A stretch of 34,696 nucleotides of DNA from Utricularia gibba (Eukaryota > Plantae > Magnoliophyta). The notes beneath the pieces were generated by a model. It did not search any database, had not been told where the DNA came from, and saw only the letters and a program-made list of their open reading frames with translations. Both the position numbers and the translations under genes were made by a program. The DNA is taken from NCBI GenBank assembly GCA_002189035.1, contig NEEC01000476.1:1-34696 (forward strand), written 5' to 3'. Shown piece after piece: positions 1 through 10,200 of the stretch; the stretch's first letter is position 1; each line of letters opens with the position of its first letter.

Positions 1-22
1 GAGAGTTAGTTGTAGCTCGGAA

Positions 23-55
23 AATAAAGTGATGTATTTATTAACGTTCAGTTTT
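23..55 (+). terminator. Possible eukaryotic polyadenylation cassette: AATAAA, CA 21 nt downstream, then a T/G-rich tract
   Basis: AATAAA at 23-28, CA at 49-50, GTTTT at 51-55 followed by G5. Geometry fits the canonical metazoan signal but there is no transcript evidence. Confidence 0.2.
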
Positions 56-209
56 GGGGGCTGCCTACATGGTTTTTCAAGGAACAGCTTCTCGTTTTGT
101 GGCGGCCAGTCTCGCTGGGAACTTGGTCCTTGACCCCGATTATGTATGCTCATGAGGTCAACCGGATGCAAATCGATTAAAAAAATGATGCCTTTGTTTA
201 AATTACGAT

Positions 210-217
210 ATCACGTG
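210..217 (+). promoter_or_regulatory. E-box ATCACGTG (CACGTG core), once per monomer; sequence match only
   Basis: Direct motif match in essentially every copy. The motif is short, so a chance occurrence is plausible. Confidence 0.25.
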
Positions 218-278
218 CACCCCACATGATTTTTTCAACAACTTACTTTATACTTGAGGAGGCGGTCTTGGGGTGCAC
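215..278. repeat. Perfect 10-bp inverted repeat GTGCACCCCA / TGGGGTGCAC with 44-nt spacer, recurring in each monomer (first copy given)
   Basis: 215-224 is the exact reverse complement of 269-278. Variation between copies is almost all C4/G4 homopolymer length. Confidence 0.9.
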
Positions 279-285
279 CTAGAAC

Positions 286-298
286 GGGACAAAGGTCA
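286..298 (+). promoter_or_regulatory. DR1-type nuclear receptor motif match GGGACA-A-AGGTCA (contains NBRE AAAGGTCA), once per monomer; sequence match only
   Basis: Matches the DR1 consensus RGGNCAAAGGTCA and differs by 1 base from the acyl-CoA oxidase PPRE AGGACAAAGGTCA. Function untested and host unknown. Confidence 0.35.
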
Positions 299-1248
299 GG
301 TTTGGCTGCGCCGAGAGTTAGTTGTAGCTCGGAAATAAAGTGATGTATTTATTAACGTTCAGTTTCGGGGGCTGCCTACATGGTTTTTCAAGGAACAGCT
401 TCTCGTTTTGTGGCGGCCAGTCTCGCTGGGAACTTGGTCCTTGACCCGATTCTGTATGGCTCATGAGGTCAACCGGATGCAAATCGATTAAAGAAAATGA
501 TGCCTTTTGTTTTAAATTACGATATCACGTGCACCCCACATGATTTTTTCAACAACTTACTTTATACTTGAGGAGGCGGTCTTGGGGTGCACCTAGAACG
601 GGACAAAGGTCAGGTTTGGCTTGCGCCGAGAGTTAGTTGTAGCTCGGAAAATAAAGTGATGTATTTACGTTCAGTTTTGGGGGGCTGCCTACATGGTTTT
701 TCAAGGAACAGCTTCTCGTTTTGTGGCGGCCAGTCTCGCTGGGAACTTGGTCCTTGACCCGATTATGTATGCTCATGAGGTCAACCGGATGCAAATCGAT
801 TAAAAAAATGATGCCTTTGTTTAAATTACGATATCACGTGCACCCCACATGATTTTTTCAACAACTTACTTTATACTTGAGGAGGCGGTCTTGGGGTGCA
901 CCTAGAACGGGACAAAGGTCAGGTTTGGCTTGCGCCGAGAGTTAGTTGTAGCTCGGAAATAAAGTGATGTATTTATTAACGTTCAGTTTTCGGGGGCTGC
1001 CTACATGGTTTTTCAAGGAACAGCTTCTCGTTTGTGGCGGCCAGTCTCGCTGGGAACTTGGTCCTTGACCCCGATTCTGTATGGCTCATGAGGTCAACCG
1101 GATGCAAATCGATTAAAGAAAATGATGCCTTTGTTTAAATTACGATATCACGTGCACCCCACATGATTTTTTCAACAACTTACTTTATACTTGAGGAGGC
1201 GGTCTTGGGGTGCACCTAGAACGGGACAAAGGTCAGGTTTGGCTTGCG

Positions 1249-1270
1249 CCGAGAGTTAGTTGTAGCTCGG
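1249..1270. repeat. Short imperfect hairpin CCGAG-AGTTAGTTGTAG-CTCGG (first complete clean copy given)
   Basis: CCGAG/CTCGG arms are exact reverse complements. The inner GAGTTA/TAGCTC pairs with one G-T wobble around a GTTG loop. Confidence 0.75.
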
Positions 1271-4200
1271 AAATAAAGTGATGTATTTATTAACGTTCAG
1301 TTTTGGGGGCTGCCTACATGGTTTTTCAAGGAACAGCTTCTCGTTTTGTGGCGGCCAGTCTCGCTGGGAACTTGGTCCTTGACCCCGATTCTGTATGGCT
1401 CATGAGGTCAACCGGATGCAAATCGATTAAAAAAATGATGCCTTTGTTTAAATTACGATATCACGTGCACCCACATGATTTTTTCAACAACTTACTTTAT
1501 ACTTGAGGAGGCGGTCTTGGGGTGCACCTAGAACGGGACAAAGGTCAGGTTTGGCTTGCGCCGAGAGTTAGTTGTAGCTCGGAAATAAAGTGATGTATTT
1601 ATTAACGTTCAGTTTTGGGGGGCTGCCTACATGGTTTTTCAAGGAACAGCTTCTCGTTTTGTGGCGGCCAGTCTCGCTGGGAACTTGGTCCTTGACCCCG
1701 ATTCTGTATGCTCATGAGGTCAACCGGATGCAAATCGATTAAAAAAAATGATGCCTTTGTTTAAATTACGATATCACGTGCACCCACATGATTTTTTCAA
1801 CAACTTACTTTATACTTGAGGAGGCGGTCTTGGGGTGCACCTGAACGGGACAAAGGTCAGGTTTGGCTTGCGCCGAGAGTTAGTTGTAGCTCGGAAAATA
1901 AAGTGATGTATTTATTAACGTTCAGTTTTGGGGGCTGCCTACATGGTTTTTCAAGGAACAGCTTCTCGTTTTGTGGCGGCCAGTCTCGCTGGGAACTTGG
2001 TCCTTGACCCCGATTCTGTATGGCTCATGAGGTCAACCGGATGCAAATCGATTAAAAAAATGATGCCTTTGTTTAAATTACGATATCACGTGCACCCCAC
2101 ATGATTTTTTCAACAACTTACTTTATACTTGAGGAGGCGGTCTTGGGGTGCACCTGAACGGGACAAAGGTCAGGTTTGGCTTGCGCCGAGAGTTAGTTGT
2201 AGCTCGGCAAATAAAGTGATGTATTTATTAACGTTCAGTTTTTGGGGGCTGCCTACATGGTTTTTCAAGGAACAGCTTCTCGTTTTGTGGCGGCCAGTCT
2301 CGCTGGGAACTTGGTCCTTGACCCCGATTCTGTATGGCTCATGAGGTCAACCGGATGGAAATCGATTAAAAAAATGATGCCTTTTTTAAATTACGATATC
2401 ACGTGCACCCCACATGATTTTTTCAACAACTTACTTTATACTTGAGGAGGCGGTCTTGGGGTGCACCTAGAACGGGACAAAGGTCAGGTTTGGCTTGCGC
2501 GAGAGTTAGTTGTAGCTCGGAAAATAAAGTGATGTATTTATTAACGTTCAGTTTTGGGGGGCTGCCTACATGGTTTTTCAAGGAACAGCTTCTCGTTTTG
2601 TGGCGGCCAGTCTCGCTGGGAACTTGGTCCTTGACCGATTCTGTATGCTCATGAGGTCAACCGGATGCAAATCGATTAAAAAAAATGATGCCTTGTTTAA
2701 ATTACGATATCACGTGCACCCCACATGATTTTTTCAACAACTTACTTTATACTTGAGGAGGCGGTCTTGGGGTGCACCTAGAACGGGACAAAGGTCAGGT
2801 TTGGCTTGCGCGAGAGTTAGTTGTAGCTCGGAAATAAAGTGATGTATTTATTAACGTTCAGTTTTGGGGGCTGCCTACATGGTTTTTCAAGGAACAGCTG
2901 TTTTGTGGCGGCCAGTCTCGCTGGGAACTTGGTCTTGACCCGATTATGTATGCTCATGAGGTCAACCGGATGCAAATCGATTAAAAAAAATGATGCCTTG
3001 TTTAAATTACGATATCACGTGCACCCACATGATTTTTTCAACAACTTACTTTATACTTGAGGAGGCGGTCTTGGGGTGCACCTAGAACGGGACAAAGGTC
3101 AGGTTTGGCTTGCGCCGAGAGTTAGTTGTAGCTCGGAAAATAAAGTGATGTATTTATTAACGTTCAGTTTTGGGGGCTGCCTACATGGTTTTTCAAGGAA
3201 CAGCTTCTCGTTTTGTGGCGGCCAGTCTCGCTGGGAACTTGGTCCTTGACCCCGATTCTGTATGCTCATGAGGTCAACCGGATGCAAATCGATTAAAGAA
3301 AATGATGCCTTTGTTTAAATTACGATATCACGTGCACCCACATGATTTTTTCAACAACTTACTTTATACTTGAGGAGGCGGTCTTGGGGTGCACTAGAAC
3401 GGGACAAAGGTCAGGTTTGGCTTGCGCCGAGAGTTAGTTGTAGCTCGGAAATAAAGTGATGTATTTATTAACGTTCAGTTTTTGGGGGCTGCCTACATGG
3501 TTTTTCAAGGAACAGCTTCTCGTTTTGTGGCGGCCAGTCTCGCTGGGAACTTGGTCCTTGACCCCGATTCTGTATGGCTCATGAGGTCAACCGGATGCAA
3601 ATCGATTAAAAAAATGATGCCTTTGTTTAAATTACGATATCACGTGCACCCCACATGATTTTTTCAACAACTTACTTTATACTTGTGGAGGCGGTCTTGG
3701 GGTGCACCTAGAACGGGACAAAGGTCAGGTTTGGCTTGCGCCGAGAGTTAGTTGTAGCGGAAATAAAGTGATGTATTTATTAACGTTCAGTTTTGGGGGC
3801 TGCCTACATGGTTTTTCATTCTCGTTTTGTGGCGGCCAGTCTGCTGGCCTTGTTCTCATGAGGTCAACGGATGCAAATCGATTAAAAAAAATGATGCCTT
3901 TGTTTAAATTACGATATCACGTGCACCCCACATGATTTTTTCAACAACTTACTTTATACTTGAGGAGGCGGTCTTGGGGTGCACCTGAACGGGACAAAGG
4001 TCAGGTTTGGCTTGCGCCGAGAGTTAGTTGTAAAATAAAGTGATGTATTTATTAACGTTCAGTTTTTGGGGGCTGCCTACATGGTTTTTCAAGGAACAGC
4101 TTCTCGTTTTGTGGCGGCCAGTCTCGCTGGGAACTTGGTCCTTGACCCCGATTCTGTATGCTCATGAGGTCAACCGGATGCAAATCGATTAAAAAAATGA

Positions 4201-7200
4201 TGCCTTTGTTAAAATTACGATATCACGTGCACCCCATGATTTTTTCAACAACTTACTTTATACTTGAGGAGGCGGTCTTGGGGTGGAACGGGACAAAGGT
4301 CAGGTTTGGCTTGCGGAGAGTTAGTTGTAGCTCGGAAATAAAGTGATGTATTTATTAACGTTCAGTTTTTGGGGCTGCCTACATGGTTTTTCAAGGAACA
4401 GCTTCTCGTTTTGTGGCGGCCAGTCTCGCTGGGAACTTGGTCCTGGACCCCGATTCTGTATGGCTCATGAGGTCAACCGGATGGAAATCGATTAAAGAAA
4501 ATGATGCCTTTCTTTAAATTACGATATCACGTGCACCCCACATGATTTTTTCAACAACTTGCTTTATACTTGAGGAGGCGGTCTTGGGGTGCACCTGAAC
4601 GGGACAAAGGTCAGGTTTGGCTTGCGGGAGTTAGTTGTAGCTCGGAAAATAAAGTGATGTATTTATTAACGTTCAGTTTTTGGGGGCTGCCTACATGGTT
4701 TTTCAAGGAACAGCTTCTCGTTTTGTGGCGGCCAGTCTCGCTGGGAACTTGGTCCTTGACCCCGATTCTGTATGGCTCATGAGGTCAACCGGATGCAAAT
4801 CGATTAAAGAAAATGATGCCTTTGTTTAAATTACGATATCACGTGCACCCCACATGATTTTTCAACAACTTACTTTATACTTGAGGAGGCGGTCTTGGGT
4901 GCACCTAGAACGGGACAAAGGTCAGGTTTGGCTTGCGCCGAGAGTTAGTTGTAGCTCGGAAAATAAAGTGATGTATTTATTAACGTTCAGTTTTGGGGGG
5001 CTGCCTACATGGTTTTTCAAGGAACAGCTTCTCGTTTTGTGGCGGCCAGTCTCGCTGGGAACTTGGTCCTTGACCCCGATTATGTATGCTCATGAGGTCA
5101 ACCGGATGCAAATTGATTAAAAAAAATGATGCCTTTGTTTAAATTACGATATCACGTGCACCCCACATGATTTTTTCAACAACTTACTTTATACTTGAGG
5201 AGGCGGTCTTGGGGTGCACCTAGAACGGGACAAAGGTCAGGTTTGGCTTGCGGAGAGTTAGTTGTAGCTCGGAAAATAAAGTGATGTATTTATTAACGTT
5301 CAGTTTTGGGGGCTGCCTACATGGTTTTTCAAGGAACAGCTTCTCGTTTTGTGGCGGCCAGTCTCGCTGGGAACTTGGTCCTTGACCCCGATTGTATGCT
5401 CATGAGGTCAACCGGATGCAAATCGATTAAAAAAAAGATGCCTTTGTTTAAATTACGATATCACGTGCACCCCACATGATTTTTTCAACAACTTACTTTA
5501 TACTTGAGGAGGCGGTCTTGGGTGCACCTAGAACGGGACAAAGGTCAGGTTTGGCTTGCGCCGAGAGTTAGTTGTAGCTCGGAAAATAAAGTGATGTATT
5601 TATTAACGTTCAGTTTTGGGGGCTGCCTACATGGTTTTTCAAGGAACAGCTTCTCGTTTTGTGGCGGCCAGTCTCGCTGGGAACTTGGTCCTTGACCCCG
5701 ATTCTGTATGGCTCATGAGGTCAACCGGATGCAAATCGATTAAAAAAAATGATGCCTTTGTTTAAATTACGATATCACGTGCACCCCAATGATTTTTTCA
5801 ACAACTTGCTTTATACTTGTGGAGGCGGTCTTGGGGTGCACCTGGAACGGGACAAAGGTCAGGTTTGGCTTGCGCCGAGAGTTAGTTGTAGCTCGGCAAA
5901 TAAAGTGATGTATTTATTAACGTTCAGTTTTGGGGGCTGCCTACATGGTTTTTCAAGGAACAGCTTCTCGTTTTGTGGCGGCCAGTCTCGCTGGGAACTT
6001 GGTCCTTGACCCCGATTCTGTATGCTCATGAGGTCAACCGGATGCAAATCGATTAAAAAAATGATGCCTTTGTTTAAATTACGATATCACGTGCACCCCA
6101 CATGATTTTTTCAACAACTTACTTTATACTTGAGGAGGCGGTCTTGGGTGCACCTGAACGGGACAAAGGTCAGGTTTGGCTTGCGCCGAGAGTTAGTTGT
6201 AGCTCGAAAATAAAGTGATGTATTTATTAACGTTCAGTTTTGGGGGCTGCCTACATGGTTTTTCAAGGAACAGCTTCTCGTTTTGTGGCGGCCAGTCTCG
6301 CTGGGAACTTGGTCCTTGACCCCGATTATGTATGCTCATGAGGTCAACCGATGGAAATCGATTAAAAAAAATGATGCCTTTGTTTAAATTACGATATCAC
6401 GTGCACCCCACATGATTTTTTCAACAACTTACTTTATACTTGAGGAGGCGGTCTTGGGGTGCACCTGAACGGGACAAAGGTCAGGTTTGGCTTGCGCCGA
6501 GAGTTAGTTGTAGCTAAATAAAGTGATGTATTTATTAACGTTCAGTTTTGGGGGGCTGCCTACATGGTTTTTCAAGGAACAGCTTCTCGTTTTGTGGCGG
6601 CCAGTCTCGCTGGGAACTTGGTCCTTGACCCCGATTCTGTATGCTCATGAGGTCAACCGGATGCAAATCGATTAAAGAAAATGATGCCTTTGTTTAAATT
6701 ACGATATCACGTGCACCCACATGATTTTTTCAACAACTTACTTTATACTTGAGGAGGCGGTCTTGGGTGCACCTAGAACGGGACAAAGGTCAGGTTTGGC
6801 TTGCGCGAGAGTTAGTTGTATCGGCAAAAAGTGATGTATTTATTAACGTTCAGTTTTTGGGGGCTGCCTACATGGTTTTTCAAGGAACAGCTTCTCGTTT
6901 TGTGGCGGCCAGTCTCGCTGGGAACTTGGTCCTGGACCCCGATTCTGTATGGCTCATGAGGTCAACCGGATGGAATCGATTAAAGAAAATGATGCCTTTC
7001 TTTAAATTACGATATCACGTGCACCCCACATGATTTTTTCAACAACTTGCTTTATACTTGAGGAGGCGGTCTTGGGGTGCACCTAGAACGGGACAAAGGT
7101 CAGGTTTGGCTTGCGCCGAGAGTTAGTTGTAGGCAAATAAAGTGATGTATTTATTAACGTTCAGTTTTGGGGCTGCCTACATGGTTTTTCAAGGAACAGC

Positions 7201-10200
7201 TTCTCGTTTTGTGGCGGCCAGTCTCGCTGGGAACTTGGTCCTTGACCCGATTATGTATGCTCATGAGGTCAACCGGATGCAAATCGATTAAAAAAAATGA
7301 TGCCTTGTTTAAATTACGATATCACGTGCACCCCACATGATTTTTTCAACAACTTACTTTATACTTGAGGAGGCGGTCTTGGGTGCACCTGAACGGGACA
7401 AAGGTCAGGTTTGGCTTGCGCCGAGAGTTAGTTGTAAAAATAAAGTGATGTATTTATTAACGTTCAGTTTTGGGGGCTGCCTACATGGTTTTTCAAGGAA
7501 CAGCTTCTCGTTTTGTGGCGGCCAGTCTCGCTGGGAACTTGGTCCTTGACCCCGATTATGTATGCTCATGAGGTCAACCGGATGCAAATCGATTAAAAAA
7601 AATGATGCCTTGTTTAAATTACGATATCACGTGCACCCCACATGATTTTTTCAACAACTTACTTTATACTTGAGGAGGCGGTCTTGGGGTGCACCTAGAA
7701 CGGGACAAAGGTCAGGTTTGGCTTGCGGAGAGTTAGTTGTAGCTCGGAAAATAAAGTGATGTATTTATTAACGTTCAGTTTTGGGGGCTGCCTACATGGT
7801 TTTTCAAGGAACAGCTTCTCGTTTTGTGCGGCCAGTCTCGCTGGGAACTTGGTCCTTGACCCCGATTCTGTATGCTCATGAGGTCAACCGGATGCAAATC
7901 GATTAAAAAAAATGATGCCTTTGTTTAAATTACGATATCACGTGCACCCCACATGATTTTTCAACAACTTACTTTATACTTGAGGAGGCGGTCTTGGGTG
8001 CACCTAGAACGGGACAAAGGTCAGGTTTGGCTTGCGCCGAGAGTTAGTTGTAGCTCGGAAATAAAGTGATGTATTTATTAACGTTCAGTTTTTGGGGGCT
8101 GCCTACATGGTTTTTCAAGGAACAGCTTCTCGTTTTGTGGCGGCCAGTCTCGCTGGGAACTTGGTCCTTGACCCCGATTCTGTATGGCTCATGAGGTCAA
8201 CCGATGCAAATCGATTAAAAAAATGATGCCTTTGTTTAAATTACGATATCACGTGCACCCCACATGATTTTTTCAACAACTTGCTTTATACTTGAGGAGG
8301 CGGTCTTGGGGTGCACCTGAACGGGACAAAGGTCAGGTTTGGCTTGCGCGAGAGTTAGTTGTAGCTTAAGTGATGTATTTATTAACGTTCAGTTTTTGGG
8401 GGCTGCCTACATGGTTTTTCAAGGAACAGCTTCTCGTTTGTGGCGGCCAGTCTCGCTGGGAACTTGGTCCTGACCCCGATTCTGTATGGCTCATGAGGTC
8501 AACCGGATGGAAATCGATTAAAGAAAATGATGCCTTTCTTTAAATTACGATATCACGTGCACCCCACATGATTTTTTCAACAACTTGCTTTATACTTGAG
8601 GAGGCGGTCTTGGGGTGCACCTGGAACGGGACAAAGGTCAGGTTTGGCTTGCGCGAGAGTTAGTTGTAGCTCGGAAAATAAAGTGATGTATTTATTAACG
8701 TTCAGTTTTGGGGGCTGCCTACATGGTTTTTCAAGGAACAGCTTCTCGTTTTGTGGCGGCCAGTCTCGCTGGGAACTTGGTCCTTGACCCCGATTATGTA
8801 TTGCTCATGAGGTCAACCGGATGCAAATCGATTAAAAAAAATGATGCCTTGTTTAAATTACGATATCACGTGCACCCCACATGATTTTTTCAACAACTTA
8901 CTTTATACTTGAGGAGGCGGTCTTGGGTGCACCTAGAACGGGACAAAGGTCAGGTTTGGCTTGCGCCGAGAGTTAGTTGTAGCTCGGAAAATAAAGTGAT
9001 GTATTTATTAACGTTCAGTTTTGGGGGCTGCCTACATGGTTTTTCAAGGAACAGCTTCTCGTTTTGTGGCGGCCAGTCTCGCTGGGAACTTGGTCCTTGA
9101 CCCGATTATGTATTGCTCATGAGGTCAACCGGATGCAAATTGATTAAAAAAAATGATGCCTTGTTTAAATTACGATATCACGTGCACCCCACATGATTTT
9201 TTCAACAACTTACTTTATACTTGAGGAGGCGGTCTTGGGGTGCACCTAGAACGGGACAAAGGTCAGGTTTGGCTTGCGCGAGAGTTAGTTGTAGCTCGGA
9301 AAATAAAGTGATGTATTTATTAACGTTCAGTTTTGGGGGGCTGCCTACATGGTTTTTCAAGGAACAGCTTCTCGTTTTGTGGCGGCCAGTCTCGCTGGGA
9401 ACTTGGTCCTTGACCCCGATTATGTATGCTCATGAGGTCAACCGGATGCAAATCGATTAAAAAAATGATGCCTTTGTTTAAATTACGATATCACGTGCAC
9501 CCACATGATTTTTTCAACAACTTACTTTATACTTGAGGAGGCGGTCTTGGGGTGCACCTAGAACGGGACAAAGGTCAGGTTTGGCTTGCGCCGAGAGTTA
9601 GTTGTAGCTCGGAAATAAAGTGATGTATTTATTAACGTTCAGTTTTGGGGGCTGCCTACATGGTTTTTCAAGGAACAGCTTCTCGTTTTGTGGCGGCCAG
9701 TCTCGCTGGAACTTGGTCCTGGACCCCGATTCTGTATGCTCATGAGGTCAACCGGATGGAAATCGATTAAAGAAAATGATGCCTTTCTTTAAATTACGAT
9801 ATCACGTGCACCCCACATGATTTTTTCAACAACTTGCTTTATACTTGAGGAGGCGGTCTTGGGTGCACCTGGAACGGGACAAAGGTCAGGTTTGGCTTGC
9901 GCGAGAGTTAGTTGTAGCTCGGAAATAAAGTGATGTATTTATTAACGTTCAGTTTTTGGGGGCTGCCTACATGGTTTTTCAAGGAACAGCTTCGTTTTTG
10001 GCGGCCAGTCTCGCTGGAACTTGGTCCTTGACCCGATTATGTATGCTCATGAGGTCAACCGGATGGAAATTGATTAAAAAAATGATGCCTTGTTTAAATT
10101 ACGATATCACGTGCACCCACATGATTTTTCAACAACTTACTTTATACTTGAGGAGGCGGTCTTGGGGTGCACCTAGAACGGGACAAAGGTCAGGTTTGGC

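Noticed and set aside
50-110. Spliced-leader RNA gene (ATG|GT at 69-73 with a GTTTTGTGG Sm-like tract; AACTAAC on the minus strand)
   Set aside because: The donor GTTTTT is non-canonical and no known SL exon matches beyond a few bases.
49-135. Internal ~43-bp subrepeat (GTTTTGGGGGCTGCC vs GTTTTGTGGCGGCC; GGAAC twice)
   Set aside because: Similarity is short and the offsets disagree (43 vs 37 bp), so ancestral duplication cannot be supported by eye.
140-200. tRNA, 5S or SINE-type Pol III unit (TGGCTCA A-box-like)
   Set aside because: No B box (GTTCRA) at a suitable distance, no cloverleaf and no 5S similarity.
226-254. Sigma70 promoter (TATACT at 249-254)
   Set aside because: The -35 position reads ATGATT (3/6), there is no extended -10 TG, and a start site would fall inside the AGGAGG.
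134-288. CENP-B box
   Set aside because: Neither CGGG at 285-288 nor CCCG near 135-138 has the TTCG partner at the required spacing.
258-305. G-quadruplex motif
   Set aside because: Only one G4 and one G3 run; the rest are GG doublets, so at most a weak two-tier structure.
1-313. Viroid, retrozyme or hammerhead-containing satellite (size fits)
   Set aside because: No CUGANGA hammerhead core on either strand of the consensus and no pospiviroid central conserved region. HDV-like or twister folds were not testable by eye; an Infernal/Rfam search would settle it.
210-326. Kinetoplast minicircle conserved blocks (TCACGTGC at 211-218, TCCCGTTC on the minus strand at 282-289, GAGTTAGTTGTA resembling the UMS)
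   Set aside because: The invariant UMS GGGGTTGGTGTA is absent, and the order and strands of the look-alikes are inconsistent.
210-333. Budding-yeast point centromere (ATCACGTG fits CDEI RTCACRTG)
   Set aside because: The downstream DNA is not a >90% AT CDEII and no correctly oriented CDEIII follows.
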